Shown here: positions 1 through 15,315 of the stretch, piece by piece | Layout: each line of letters opens with the position of its first letter | Position numbering within the stretch: the first letter of the stretch is position 1 | Assembly: GCA_951406725.2 (NCBI GenBank) | Contig: OX597837.1 | Location: forward strand, 20,212,001-20,276,000 | Reading direction: 5' to 3' | Length of the DNA stretch: 64,000 nucleotides | Origin: Octopus vulgaris | Lineage: Eukaryota | The notes under the pieces: model-generated | What the model saw: only the letters and a program-made list of their open reading frames with translations | The model's database searches: none | Told to the model about the DNA's origin: nothing | Translations under genes and position numbers: made by a program

Positions 1-318
<318 letters not shown>

Positions 319-319
<1 letters not shown>

Positions 320-1122
320 TGGGTCAGCACATAAATACTGCGGTTTTTTATACTTCTTTAATTTTTTCAAAATTAAATTAAAATTCGTTTTTACTCTAAA
401 ATGTAATCTCCTTCATTTTCTACAATGCTTTTCCATATATCTGGTAGATTTCGAAGACTGCGGAATAAATGATAATCAGATGTCCTGCGAATATGGTGGG
501 TGGGTGGGGCATCATTTCCCATTCAAACTGCTTCAGCCTTTGGAATGTCATCCTCACTGCATGTGAACGAACATGTGGATGGAAGAACACCTTTTGTCCT
601 GAAACCGAAGATGGTCGTGTTCTTCCTAGCGCTGACTTGAATGACTGTTTGTATTACCAATTCCAAGCTTCTCTGCTAGTTCCTCAACAGTTACGATGGG
701 ATTTTTTCCATCAAGTTTTGCAGGAGGTCCGCCGAAATCTACAAATCTTCCAGTACAAGGCTCGTCTTCTAGGCTGTAGTCTCGGCTCAGAATTTTTGGA
801 AGCACCGTTGACACTGGCTTACGTTTATTGTCCGATCCCCATATACTGCATTAATAGTCGTCGCACTTTCCGTTGCGTTGTTGCCTTTATTGAACTCATA
901 AAGCAAAATATGCCGAAAATGTTCTTTTGTGACTTCCGTTATAGTTTTGAAAAAATAACTGATAAAATCGAACTGCACTCTTCAAAACTTGCACTAAGAA
1001 TAAGGTCAAGGTAAAATTACTTCCTGCTTTTATAGCCAGTTGATGCAGATAGTTTATCCCATCCCCCTCCGACTTTTAGTCCATGCAATTGAAAAAACCG
1101 CATTATTTATGGCATGGCCCAA
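319..1122 (-). mobile_element. Internally deleted mariner-family DNA transposon
   Basis: Imperfect TIRs ttgggtcagcacataaatactgcggttttt / aaaaaaccgcattatttatggcatggcccaa in TA context. Minus-strand ORF pieces KEHFRHILLYEFNKGNNATES...VYGD and DYSLEDEPCTGR...VEELAEKL match the mariner transposase N-terminus. Confidence 0.85.
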
Positions 1123-1355
1123 TATATATTTTGGGTCATGCCATAAATATGTACGTATGTATTTTTTTCTGTTTTTAATTATTTAAATTCATCTTCTGAG
1201 AAGGATTTGCTTTCTAACAGATATAATCCTCCATCCTTGAAATGCAGACCCGTCTTTTTCTCCCCTGTCCTTCTAATTGTTGTTTCTCCTGTCCGCCTTT
1301 GTATCGTCTATCTGTCCGAATATTTTATTGTCTTCTATTGCGTTTTTGTTCCATT

Positions 1356-1426
<71 letters not shown>

Positions 1427-2119
1427 AATAATTGAAATTCAATTGAAATAAGTACTTAAACTGATATAATATTTTCATTGATCACTTAAATGCATTGATA
1501 CCTGGACAACCTTGTTACTTATTATATATATATATACTCACTCTCATAAACACACACACGCATATATCAAGGACTCTCCTGCCTTTAGGCGACATTTGAG
1601 GTTTCTTCAATTTCTTACTGAACAACCACACAGATGATTTGCTTTCAGTGATCAAATGTTTGTGCTCACGTAAGCTCCCTCCATCTAATCGATATTACCT
1701 GTACAGATGCGCGACAGGCCACAAGTCAGGTGACGAAATGATTGCAGAATAGCGTGAACTGAAGTGCCCTGTTCAAAGCAACATCCGGTCTGGAAATCGA
1801 AACCACTATCTCGCAATCGCGAAGGTCATGCCTCTTCAGACACGCGTGTGTGCACACATATATGTCTTTTTTCTTTTTTTTTTTTTTTCGTTTCTCTTTC
1901 GTTTCTAGTTTTTTCAACCTTCCACCTTTTGTATCTAGTTTCTCAGCCTTTTCATGTATTTTCTCTTATTTTATCGTCCTGGAGATTGCCTGAAGTTACC
2001 AGACGTTATAAAATGGTGTCTGAGTTGTTTTTATCGCATGAAACTCTTAGTAGCGCATAAAAATATATATCGCGTTTATTAAATAAATATTTATCTGTCA
2101 CCAGATGGAATTCTTTTTT

Positions 2120-2183
<64 letters not shown>

Positions 2184-2591
2184 GTATGTATGCATCTATG
2201 CATGTATGTATATATGTATGTATGTATACACACGCACAAACACACATACATTACTACATAGATTCATACAAAACAACACACGAACTCATATATATATATT
2301 GGAACACACACACATACATATGCCAATGTGTTTGAAAAGGCTAATCGAAAGCGCTCACACATTAGGAAAAAAACTTCTTGCCAAAAACGTTAGTAACATC
2401 CTGATAAAAGAATTTATAGCTTTTTTCAGAAAATTTTTTTTCTTAAAATCCCTTTTATACTTAAAAACTGTATTAAGTAATTTTTCAGAAAGACTTTCAA
2501 ATACACACACACACACACACACACACACATAAGACACTACTTTTTAAAAAAAGAAACCGATGATAGCCTTAATTCACAAATAAAATATTTA

Positions 2592-2700
<109 letters not shown>

Positions 2701-2708
2701 TTATATAC

Positions 2709-2908
2709 AGGGAGAATTCACAAAAAAAAAAACAGAAGACGAAGACAGGTGGTGTAGACAAAAAAACAGATGTATTAGTATAATGCGCGGGAAGTGAAAA
2801 AGTCTTTAACGTTTCGAGCCTACGCTCCTCCACAGAAAGAAACACAGAAAGAAACAAGGAGAGAAAATAAAGAATGTGCAGTGGCTAGCGATGTATCATG
2901 GCAAATCA
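2709..2908 (-). mobile_element. ~200-bp dispersed repeat with minimal hammerhead-like motif (Penelope pLTR-like), copy 1 of 5
   Basis: Homologous to 15986-16147, 31275-31470, 47358-47567 and 58597-58788. Minus strand reads UCUUU CUGUGGAG GAGC-GUAG-GCUC GAAA CG UU AAAGA. Confidence 0.65.
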
Positions 2909-2975
2909 TATATATATATATACATATATTCATGCATACATAGATACAAACAGATACACACACACACACACACAC

Positions 2976-3018
<43 letters not shown>

Positions 3019-3099
3019 ATATGTATTTACGTATGTGTTCTTTTCTGTTTTTAATTATTTAAATTCTAACAAAGATAAAATCCTCCATCCTTGGAATGT

Positions 3100-4250
3100 A
3101 AATAACAAAAACAATGTCAAATTTTAAATTTGAGAAAAGTCTTGCATATTTTTATTGTTCCACTTACAGATTGTATTTCTGATGTTCGAATCAATTGGTT
3201 GATTTCTTGTTGTGAAAATCCAAGCTTATCTAAAGTGACAGTTAGGCATTTACTTACACAGTCACGTGCACTAATTATTATTGGTATAAATACAAACTTG
3301 TAATTCGGACATAGAAGTTGGAGGTTTCGAAGCAGTTCTTCATTGTTATCTTCTTTCTCTTTGATTTCCAAAGAGATAATTGACCTCTGTGACGCTACAT
3401 GTCTTTTCTTGTTCGTCCCAAATAACAATATCCGACATATTATGCTTACACTTAACAGATATTATGATGGAATGTTTCTACGAGTATTCTTTGTGGTGAT
3501 ATTGGTGTACGTATTCAATAACAGTCGGTTTCTCTATACTTATTCCGGAGTCTTTTTTTTCCGGACGGAATTGTATTGGGTTGTCCGGAATGTTCATGCC
3601 GACTTATAGTAGCTTAGCTTTCGACTTATTTTAGATCATGGTTGAGTCCATAAAATAGGATTTGACTACACCTCCACAGTTTAATCTATCTTTTCGTGGA
3701 AGAAGATTTATGTTCCTATAATCTGTGTTAATTCTGTAACCCTTTAAAATGGAAGATAAGAAAGTTCATTTTCGGCACTTGATGCTTTGGGAACCAGACA
3801 AAAATTGCTGCAGCTCGGCTGGGATCAGTTACCTTCATATTCACCAGATATTGCTCCTTCGGATTTCCACTTATTCAGGTCTCTGCAGAATAGTCTTAAT
3901 GGTAAAAGTTTCAATTCCTTGGATGATGTAAAAAGATACCTTGATGAATTCTTTGCCATGAAACCACCTCAATTCTGGGAAGAGGGTATTTTCAAGTTAA
4001 AGGAAAGATGGAGACGCATTGTGAAACAAAATAGTTCATATTTGGTTGATTAAAAATGTAATGGCAAGTATTTATTGACATTTTTCTTTCCTTTAAAAAT
4101 CGGCACGAACTTTCCGGACAACCCAATGTATTGTTTTGGCAGCAATGTCGCGTAGCATAGCGAAGTAGTACCTTGATGACATTTTTGAGCAGCTTCAAAC
4201 CACACGCGTAATGCCTTCCACAGAAATATGACATAATCTACATTTTCAGT
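3100..4250 (-). mobile_element. 3' fragment of an RLE-type non-LTR retrotransposon (R4/Dong or NeSL-like), interrupted by a mariner
   Basis: 4130-4250 encodes a KCRLC...E...C zinc-knuckle remnant. 3117-3428 encodes a C-terminus KEKED..YKFVFIPIII...LDKLGF...IKICKTFLK typical of RLE LINEs. Confidence 0.65.
3576..4126 (+). mobile_element. Internally deleted mariner element
   Basis: TIRs ttgggttgtccggaatgttcatgccga / tcggcacgaactttccggacaacccaa. N-terminus MEDKKVHFRHLMLWE is joined to C-terminus YSPDIAPSDFHLFRSLQNSL...GIFKLKERW. Confidence 0.92.
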
Positions 4251-4869
4251 CTCTATGTATGTATGTATGTATGTATGTATGTATGTATGTATGTATACAC
4301 ACTAGTTTTAGCGAAATAAAATATTAATCATCCATGCTATCTAGAAAACATTGTTGTTGCTGTCCATCCTACCAGCGCATAGATGAAGAGTTTATCAGCG
4401 CAAGGCTGGAAATGATTTATAAATCTTAAGCCTTAACCTTTTCCGTTGATGAAGTATTTATCTCCATGTTTCTGTGAGATTAACTGGAAGGTGCAACGTC
4501 ACTACGCGGAGGCTCATTATGGACGCTTCAGACGCATTTCTCTATGTGACGAGATTTCGTTTTGGTTTTCCTCTCTTTTACTAATTATGTGTCCGAGAGT
4601 ATATGTATATACATATAACATATGTGTGTGTGTGTGTTTGTGCGCGTGTACGTGTATGTGTGTGTGCATGTACGTATGAATATATAGATAGATACAATCA
4701 AACATACATACGTACGTACCTACACATATACATTATGCATATATATATATACATGTATGTGTATATATATACAGATAGATAGATAGATAGATACATGCAA
4801 ACATACATACGTACATACACATATATGCAGATGCATACATATATATTACTTATACATACTAAATATATG

Positions 4870-4903
<34 letters not shown>

Positions 4904-5217
4904 AATATATATACATATATATGCATATATTTAGAGAGAGGGAGACTATGCATATACAAACGCGCGCGCACGAACACGCACAAACGCACACATACACATA
5001 TAGAAACATATATATGGCTGTGTGATAAGAAGCTTGCTTCCCAACCGCATAGTTTGGATTCAGTCCCACTGCGTGGCACCTTACGCATGTGCCTCCTTCT
5101 ATATATATATATATATATATATATACAACGAGCTTCTTTCAGTATCCGTCTACCAAATCCACTCACAAGGTTTTGGTCGGTCCGTGGCTATAGAAGGAGA
5201 CTTTTGCCTAAGGTGCC

Positions 5218-5387
5218 ACGCAGGAGTGACTGTGTGGTAAGTAGCTTGCTAACCAACCACATGGTTGTGGCTTCAGTCCCACTGCGTGGCATCTTGGGCA
5301 AGTGTCTTCTGCTATAGCCCCGGGCCGACCAATGCCTTGTGAGTGGATTTGGTAGACGGAAACTGAAAGAAGCCTGTCGTATATATG

Positions 5388-5420
<33 letters not shown>

Positions 5421-5632
5421 TTTGTGTGTCTGTGTTTGTCCCCCTAGCATTGCTTGACAACCGATGCTGGTGTGTTTATGTCCCCGTTACTTAGCGGTTC
5501 GGCAAAAAAGACCGATAGAATAAGTACTGGGCTTACAAAAGAATAAGTCCCGGGGTCGAGTTGCTCGACTAAAGGCGGTGCTCCAGCATGGCCGCAGTCA
5601 AATGACTGAAACAAGTAAAAGAGTAAAAGAGA
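5218..5632 (+). mobile_element. tRNA-derived SINE family A (CORE-like, internal microsatellite)
   Basis: A/B-box-like head (ctgtgtggtaag...ttcagtccc), CORE-like ttgggcaagtgtcttct, internal (TA/TG)n and a gtaaaaga tail. More than 10 copies in the window. Confidence 0.85.
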
Positions 5633-5654
5633 GAGAGAGAGAGTATTACTACAA

Positions 5655-5815
5655 ATATCGACTCCAGTGCACAATTGGTAATTATTTTTTCGACCTCGGA
5701 AAAATGAAGAGCAAAGTTGATCACGGCGAAATTTGAACTCAGAACGTCAAGACGAACGAATTACCGCTAAGCATTTTGTCCGGCATGATATCGTTCCTGC
5801 CATCTCGCTGCCTTG
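5655..5815 (-). mobile_element. tRNA-derived SINE family B (Nin/Deu-like domain), decayed
   Basis: Homologous to 51803-52034. Confidence 0.7.
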
Positions 5816-5877
5816 ACATCAATATAAATATTGTGAGGAACATCTGTCTCCTGTAAGACACCACTTCTTGACTACAT

Positions 5878-7026
5878 ACGAGGGGTTTTCATTAAAGATT
5901 TCCTCTGACCCACTTCCGGTTATTGCAGGAAACTGAACTTGTACATGTATAATCATACATGTCACTCCATGTTGAATGCAGATCAGTGATCAGGTTTTTA
6001 TACTTGAAAGGTCGTACACTAAAGGAGACTTTCGATGAGATGAAAGACGTTTATGGTGACAATGCACCATCATATGACGTAGTCAAGCACTGGCATCGCC
6101 AGTTCCAATATGGTTGGACGTCGGTGAAAACTGTTCCTATTTCTGGACGACCACATTGTGGAAGCCGCCATTCTAGAGGATCGCCGCATAACTATTCAGC
6201 AACAAGCCCAAGAATTGAAGATATGTGTAAGGTCCGTAGAAAAAAATCCTTCACGACCATTTGCACTTGCCCAAGTTGCCTGCATTATTGATTCCCTGAA
6301 TCTCCCCACCTTTTCAGAAGCAGGAACAAGTTAATTGCTCCCAGTCCCTTTTGGCAATGCGTCAAGAAAACAAGGACTTTTTCGGCAGACTTATCACACA
6401 GGAAGAAACATGGGTCCATCACTATAATCCTGAGACTAAAGTACAGTCGAAGCAAGGGAAGCATGATAACTCACCACCTCCAAAGAAGGCTCGTGTCCAA
6501 CCCTCAGCAGGCAAGATGATGCTCACAGTCTTTGGCGACCAGCGCGGAGTAGTGATGATGGATTTTCTGGCGAAGGGTAACACAATTAACAGTGAATATC
6601 ATGCTTCTCTGCTTCAGAAATTGCGGAACACCATCAAAGCAGAAAGGTGTGGCATGTTGTCCAGAGGAGTCCGCCTCCTCTTGTTCACAATGCGCATGTT
6701 ACCCAGATAAAAGCACACTAGGCTAAGAAATCCTTCATCATTCCCCCTTACTCTCCCGACCTCGCACCATCTGACTTTCTACCTCTCTTCCAACCATGAA
6801 GTCGTTTTTGAAGGGGAAACACTTTTTGGGTGATTTCTTATTTCCGAGGTAAAGCCTTGGCTCCAGACGCAACCTACTGTCTTCTACAGCTGAGGTCTTC
6901 ACAACTGCATAAAGCGATGAGAGAAGTGTTTCACCATTGGTGGTGGCTATGTAGAGAAGGACTAATAATTATGCCAAGTTTCGTTTATCCCAGACCTTGG
7001 AAATGGGTCAGGAAAAATCTTTAAGT
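5878..7026 (+). mobile_element. Decayed near-full-length mariner transposon (transposase pseudogene)
   Basis: Frameshifted pieces RSVIRFLYLKG...VYGDNAPSY...SGRP, ITQEETWVHHYNPETK...SAGKMMLTVF and PYSPDLAPSD (about 6747-6776). Ends aaagatttcctctgacccacttcc / ggaaatgggtcaggaaaaatcttt are complementary. Confidence 0.88.
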
Positions 7027-7149
7027 ACTAATATAATCTCTTCAACGCAAATGATGTTAAGATCAGCTATCGTTGCCTAGACAATATTACCATAGCCGAA
7101 AGCACATATCTGCGCAGCTTCCACCCCATGCATTCACCTACAATTTCCA

Positions 7150-7800
7150 AAATTGACTCATTTAACGTTGATGAGACTGTTTCTCCCAAGCTATGGTGTG
7201 TAGAGTTATACTCGTTTGTCCAGATGGTATCCAGAAGACCGTTGTGAGGCTTACTGCTAATTACTTCAAGGGACAGCATTGCTATAAACTGGATTCATTT
7301 AGATTTAGTGACCAGATAAACTCCGCCTTCTTGTTCTGTTATATCTGGAAGCTTTCAAATCAAGGATATAACTTCCCCTATCACATGCAAGATTATTTCT
7401 AGAGTCCTTTTATTGTTCCGTGAAGTATATCACTGCAGGCTCTGTCTGGTTGAGAAACTGCATATTTTGAAGTAACAAGAAGTCCGGGATGATTTCTAAT
7501 TATCGCCCTTGACAAGTATTTCTTACGTGTTAGTTTCAACCAATAATCAAATTCAGAAGACAAGTCAAAGAAAGTCGAAAATGAATCTGAACCGAGTTGT
7601 TTCTCTTAGATTCTAATAGCACTTTCCAATGAAATACGCCAGCAGCACACCACGACTTTTTGGACTGCTCAATGCGAAAAGAGTTTATCTACGACCACTA
7701 CAGACCCATCTTGCAACCAGAATGCAGCTTAAAATGTCACTTCTGTCTAGCATCTGGTCGATTCGATATGTGTATTTTATATCTACGAAACTTTGCGTAA
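7150..7800 (+). mobile_element. Possible highly decayed LINE RT fragment
   Basis: Scattered motifs in the expected order: PDGI (about 7221), IWK (about 7342), SNYRP (about 7495). No open frame. Confidence 0.3.
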
Positions 7801-8355
7801 TGGCTGTATAAATTACAGGCTGCACACACACACACACATATACACATATACACGCAGGCACAACATATAAATTATCTGTGTATATATACATATATATATA
7901 TATATATACATTTGTGTGTGTTTGTATGATTGTGTGTGTGCGTGTATACATACGTACATGTATACACACGCACTTGTTCCCGCAATAGCTGATGCAGCAA
8001 CTTCCTCAAGACTATAAATCTACGCAAAATAAAAACCGAAGAAATAAAATATGAAGCAAAAACACTCAACAAAATATAAACAAAGAATTATAAAAAAACA
8101 CATGCTTATCAGTATTATTGTTGCTGCCGTTGTTGGTGTTGTGGTTGTTGTTGTTGGTTGTTGTGGCCTGGTTTAGTATTTGTCCAATGAATGATAGGAT
8201 ATGTTGCTCGGAGGAAATTGAACTTTCCATATATGTTCACTGATCGTTCCGTATGGAAAGTCGACAGAGACAGAATTTCAGACCGCTTGAAAGTGCGTTG
8301 AACTGGGATCAGAGAAGGAAAGTGAATGAGACGGAGAAAGAATTAGAGAAAGAGG

Positions 8356-8445
<90 letters not shown>

Positions 8446-8622
8446 AAATAAAGTGAAAAATTGTGGACGGGAAAAACTGAGAGAGAGAGAATGAAGGTAG
8501 TCGCTCAAAAACAGACGTATGTTCTGAGGTGATCCAGCGGTGACCATCTCGTGTTTTTAGGGATATACATATATATATACATATATGTGTACGTGTGTGT
8601 GAGTGCGTGTTTGTGTGTGTGT

Positions 8623-8690
<68 letters not shown>

Positions 8691-8798
8691 GTATGTATGT
8701 ATGTATGTATGTATGTGTATATATATATATATGTATATATGCATATATATATATATACATATATAAATACATACATGCATACACACATACATACATAC

Positions 8799-8861
<63 letters not shown>

Positions 8862-9037
8862 TATATATATAGATATATATGTATATGTGTATATGTATGC
8901 ATTTATTACCTGATGTGACATAAGGATGTGATTTACGGCAGATTTGATTGGTTGAGAGAATAAGAAAAAGAGGGATCCAGTGATGGGCAGAAGGACAAAA
9001 AGTGGGGGATTAGAGAGAGAGAGTGGAAAGAGGAGAA

Positions 9038-9076
<39 letters not shown>

Positions 9077-9384
9077 CAGAGAAAGAGAAAGTGGTTCTGC
9101 CACATCTTATCTAAAAGTGACGTGTAACGGACTGTTTCGTGGTTTGGGTGTGGTTTTTTAATGTGTGTGTGTGTGAGTGCGTGTTTGTGATTGTGTGTGT
9201 GTGTGTTGTGTGTGCCTGTGTTTGAGTTTTAATCTGTGTGTGTGTGTGCATATATATATGTGTGTGTGTGTGTGTGCGTGTGTGCGTGTGTGTGTGTATC
9301 AACATTTATATATGTTGTATGTTGTTGTGGTTGTGATTATTGTTGTTATTATGGTTGTTGTTAATGTTCTCTTTTCTTGTTGAT

Positions 9385-9398
9385 AATGTTGTGGTTGA

Positions 9399-9432
<34 letters not shown>

Positions 9433-9725
9433 GGTGGTGGTGGTGGTGGTGGTGGTGGTGGTGATGGTGATGGTGGTGGTGGTGGTGGTGGTGGTTGTAG
9501 TGATGATGATGATGATGATGATGGTGATGGTGGTGGTGGTGATGGTGTGGTGGTGGTGGTGGTGGTGGTGGTTGTAGTGATGATGATGATGATGATGATG
9601 ATGTGTGTGGTGGTGGTGGTGGTGGTGGTGGTGGTGGTGGTTGTGGTGGTGGTGGTTGTAGTGATGATGATGATGATGATGATGAAGGTGATGGTTGTGG
9701 TGGTGGTGGTGGTGGTGATGGTGGC
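9385..9725. repeat. (GGT)n/(GAT)n trinucleotide tract
   Basis: Visible directly. Confidence 0.95.
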
Positions 9726-10122
9726 GACGGTGGCGGTTAAGGGCGCGTCAGCGGCGGTGGTGACGGTGGCAAACATGTCTGAAGTGTTTTGCTTGCAATG
9801 ACTAAAATCAAAGGAAATCTAAGGACTGGGTCGAATTGTTGAATAAATGAATTACTGGTACTTCATTAAAGGAAATTATTTACTTGATTTTGCTTTGCTT
9901 TTGTCTTATTTAGTCAAAGGGTTTCGTGTGTTTTTTGCCTTTATTTTTTGCAGCCATTTCTGATATGTGCTAATCAGTTTGAACATCCGTAGATTGATGT
10001 ATGCAGGAAACTTGCGGGCAGGAAGTCTAGCATATAAACTTGCAGTCTATATGCTATATGAATTGAATCGAGTGTTTGATGGGAAATCTTGTAGGAGCAA
10101 ATGTGGTGAGGACTGGTGTGTT

Positions 10123-10658
10123 GGCGGAATTCTGGTTTCGGCCCCCCTTATAAACCCTCATAATTTTTTTTTATTTTTAGAAAATTTGTGCGAATTTTTT
10201 TCTACGCACGGAAATTCAAACGATTATGAACAAATTTTTTTAATTTTTAAAATCCTTCCCCTTTCTCCTTAAATCTTAAAAGTTCCATTTTCTTTATCGA
10301 ATATGTTTTTTTTTAAACATAAGAGTTTAAAATACGGACAATCCGAATGTATTGCTTAAATCCCAGCAATGGACTACCCTTGGGTATATCATCATTGTGT
10401 TAAATGCGTTTGTGGGGAGAAAAATATTGAAGAGCATCAATACATGTAAGAGTAACAAAGAAACGAGTAAGGTATCAGGTGGTCGTGAGGTGTGCTTAAA
10501 AAAAACAGGTGAATCGCCCTTACACCACACGCAAAACATTTTTGCATAATCATATAAATTTTCATGTGTAAAACACAGATTCGCAAAAAATTTCTGAAAA
10601 TTCCGAAAACTAAAACAATTATGAAGGTTTATATGGGTGCTTAAACCAGAATTCCACC
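10123..10658. mobile_element. MITE with 24-bp TIRs and 8-bp TSD (Merlin-like)
   Basis: TIRs ggcggaattctggtttcggccccc / gggtgcttaaaccagaattccacc. Exact TSD ggtgtgtt at 10115-10122 and 10659-10666. GG-starting TIRs with an 8-bp TSD fit Merlin. Confidence 0.8.
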
Positions 10659-10689
10659 GGTGTGTTTTGACTGGGTTTGGCCAGAGGTA

Positions 10690-10850
10690 GTATTCTTCCT
10701 TCCTATCCCTTGACCATGTGGTCGTCAGGGCATTCGTTGATGACGTCGAAACCAGATTTCGCAACTTTTCTCGGCCTTCTGCTGCCCTGTGTGAATTGGT
10801 AAAATTGAGGTCTGTCCATTCTTTGACGTCAACCCGGGCGACGTCCGATT
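10690..10850 (-). mobile_element. RTE-clade LINE 3' end
   Basis: DVKEWTDL...RAAEGREKLRNLVST resembles the RTE ORF C-terminus and is followed by a short purine-rich tail. Confidence 0.6.
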
Positions 10851-11249
10851 CTGCATGGGTTCTGGTCTGCTTCGTCGTCATGAGTGTAACATAGGCAAGT
10901 TAGCTTGGCAGCATCAATTCCTCTCCGAGCTGTTAGCCACCACCTCAACCTGAGGCACGCCTTGATCCCAAACACTACGAAGTTGACGTGAGCCGGCCCC
11001 CTTCGTCCTAGTTGGTAACTCATTGGGAAATCTTACCCGGATGTATTCGCCAACAGATGCAGTGTTAACACCATACAATCACTTAGTTTAGCCCACCAAC
11101 TGAAGTGGGGGATGGGATGTGACACCAGGAGCCATCAAATGAGAGATTGGGAATTGAATCCCTATCGAGGTGCAACTGACAGACACCAAAAGTACTACCG
11201 CTACACTCCTGGAGTGTATAAACCTCTATGGAGGTATATATTTCATAAG

Positions 11250-11458
11250 TTTCAAATTTTGGCACAAGGCCAGCAAGTTCGGGGAAGGGGTCTAGTTGGT
11301 TACATCGACCCCAGTGCGCAACTGGTATTTATTTTATCGACCCCGAAAGGATGAAAAGCAAAGCCGACCTTGGCGGAATTTGAACTCAGAGCATAAAGAC
11401 AGACGGCATGCCGCAAAGCATTTTGCCCGACGTGCTAACGATTCTGCCAGCTCGCCAC
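11250..11458 (-). mobile_element. SINE family B
   Basis: Head ggcgagctggcagaatcgttagc...gagttcaaattcc plus the domain gcttttcatcctttcggggtcgataaaataaataccagt. Confidence 0.85.
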
Positions 11459-12013
11459 TTTCAAGTAGATATTTCGTAAAAGAGCTGATGTTGTAGTGCG
11501 CAGAATCAGCAGAAAGAAGAAACTGAATGTGCAGTGAGTTGGGATGAAAGGAAATAGCGAGTTCAGAGGACGTATTGGTGTTATACTCGTGAAAGAAATA
11601 CAGAAAGGGAACAGTTTGTCGAGTGAGCTGGGACGAAGGAAGTCTACACACACACATGCATGTATATATATAGAATAAAGGGTAAAATTAATTAATTAAT
11701 TTAAAATTAATAATTTTACCAAGTAGTTCAGTATGTTACAAGAACCATTATCGGTAAACTTAAACAAAACTTTTATGATTATGATTACGGTTCAGCAAAA
11801 ATTTGCTTCACCACACACCGAAATTTAGAAATTTAGAATATGTAAAATTCGAAGGTGAAACTTTGCTATTGAGAGAAACTGTGATTATGTTGAGAAGTAG
11901 GGTTGTGATCCACAGAGGACCAGCTTCATTTTGATGTATGATACATGTTCCTGTGTTGGTAATTATACCTGTCCTAAACAAAATGGCATTACTTTTTCAC
12001 TCACCCTCGTATA

Positions 12014-12238
12014 TTCTTTTACTTGTTTCAGTCATTTGACTGCGCCCATGATGGAGCACCGCCTCTAGTCGAACAAACCGACCCCAGGACTTATTATTTG
12101 TAAACTTAGTACTTATTCTATCGATCTTTTTTGCCGAACCGCTAATTTATGGGGACGTAAACACACCAACGTCGATTGTCAAGCGATGGTGGAGGACAAA
12201 CACAGACACAGACATATACATATATATAACTATAAATA

Positions 12239-12291
<53 letters not shown>

Positions 12292-12455
12292 GACGGGCTT
12301 CTTTCAGTTTCTGTCTACCAAATCCACTCACAAGTCTTTGGTCAGCCCGAGGCTATAGTAGAAGACACTTGCCCAAGGTGTCTCACACAGTGACACTGAA
12401 CCCGAAACCATGTGATTGGTTAGCAAACTACTTACCATACAGCCATTCCTGTGCA
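12014..12455 (-). mobile_element. SINE family A
   Basis: Full-length homology to 48388-48827. Confidence 0.85.
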
Positions 12456-12703
12456 TATATATATATAAAGGGGGAAAAGTAAACACCCCCTTCAGTCATG
12501 TATGACCATAGGATTGCACCGAGACAGCTCCCCTCCGAGGAAATTCAGCGTGATACAGAGTGTGACAAAGCTGACCCATTGAATTACAGGTACATCTCAT
12601 TTTTGCCAGCTGAGTGGACTGGAGCAAAGAGAAATAGAATATCTTGCTCAAGAACAAAACTCGCCGCCGGGAATCGAACTTACGCTCATACGAACATGCA
12701 CAC

Positions 12704-12753
<50 letters not shown>

Positions 12754-13509
12754 ACGCGCGCGCGCACGCACACATATGTATGTATATATGGTGATTGCTC
12801 CGTCTTCACGGATGACTGCAGTCTTCTTGTGCTTTCTCGTAGTCAATAGCCTCTCTTTTCGTCCATGACTTCTCAGATAACCATTCAGTCTCGTTGCAGA
12901 TTTGCATGTTTTGATCAAAGATGATAGAGGAAAGTCGTAACCTTCTCCGTACTTTTAATTCGTTAGATCTACACACATCACCACTCTTCTTTTACCATAG
13001 GACTTTCACCAGATGAGATGACGATTAAGGCCATCATTAAGAGACATCTGTGCCTCATGGGATTTTAGTAATAACCGTTTATACAACACGATACCTCTGA
13101 GTTTACAACACGAGTACCTCTGAGTTAAAGTGAGATGACCAGTTACCACGTAAATTTTCAGGTTTTACATCAGTGTCAACAGCATCTTGCAGTCCTTTAC
13201 TCCCATTAGTTTTACTGCATGTTCTGATACCGACAGGGTATTTCTGCGCCTTCGCATTCAGATGGGTTGTGGTCACATATGCTAACTAACCGATACTTGT
13301 GAGAGGTGCTACTACTCCAGGTCAGAGTAGACCCAAGAGCAATTCGAACTCCTCAAAACCCAGGAACTCCTAAAATAGATTCCAACTACGAAATGCAGTT
13401 TAAATCCATGCCCAGGGCATACATATATATTCACAACACTAACGTTGCTTTTAATTCATAATTGTATATAATATTACGTATGCCTAATCGTAGCATTGTA
13501 TCGTAACAA

Positions 13510-13740
13510 CGGTCTTCCCAAAGACCTAGTGCCCCTAGCAAGCTCTCCGTAGAGTATGTCCTTGAGGATTCTGCCATCATCCATACTGCTAACATCTCCA
13601 AGCCATCTCATATGTTTTTGTGTGAGGAGTGCAAACATGCTTGGTATTCCTGCTTGCTTGAGGACATCTTTGTTGGGGACATGATTTTGTCATTTGATGC
13701 CAAGGATTTTCCGGAGGCAGCGCGGGTGAAAGACGTTTGC
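13510..13740 (-). mobile_element. RTE-clade LINE ORF fragment
   Basis: Translates as FHPRCLRKILGIK*QNHVPNKDVLKQAGIPSMFALLTQKHMRWLGDVSSMDDGRILKDILYGEL, a hallmark RTE post-RT region. Confidence 0.85.
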
Positions 13741-13799
13741 AAAAGGGACATTCAGAGATCAGTAAAAATTTTTGTCTAACCTCTCTCTTATTCTCTCTC

Positions 13800-13830
<31 letters not shown>

Positions 13831-13836
13831 CTCTTT

Positions 13837-13900
<64 letters not shown>

Positions 13901-14280
13901 GTTGACTGTTTTCAACCATTACCATCACTAGTACCACGATCATCACCGCTACAACTGCCATGCACACATCATTCATACTTCTGACGCCTTTACCATCAAT
14001 ACCTTTGATTCCGCCGCCTTCCCCTCCACCACCATCACCACTGTCTTTCACATCGCTTATTATCAACATTGTCCCTGACTGCTTCAGCTACCACCACCAC
14101 CTCCACCACTACCATCACCACCGTCGCCTCCGCCTCTATCACAACTACAGCTCATACAATTACTATGACCTCATTACCGTCACAACTGTCATACCTTCTC
14201 TATGCCTACTATTACTCTCACCCCAACACGAGCTATAGTAGGAGTGCCAATGAATAGTAAGAGGTGGGGTCAAAGTGTGA

Positions 14281-14992
<712 letters not shown>

Positions 14993-15271
14993 CATATATT
15001 TAACTTAATGTTAATAAAAGCCGGGCTGAGTCGCGTTTCGTTGCTTAGCAAACGAAAATTGTTTCGTAAATAAACAAACGACGTATAATGTATACTGAGT
15101 GTACAACTGGACGAGGAACGGACATAGAAGGTCTCTAGGTGCGGCACTGAGTAATACAATCTGGTTGATAATTGATGAAGAATTAGGGACCTTCGGCGTC
15201 TGTCTCTCGTCCGGTTGTACACTCTGTATACGTTATACGTCGTTTGTTGATTTACAATACAATTTTTCATT

Positions 15272-15313
<42 letters not shown>

Positions 15314-15315
<2 letters not shown>

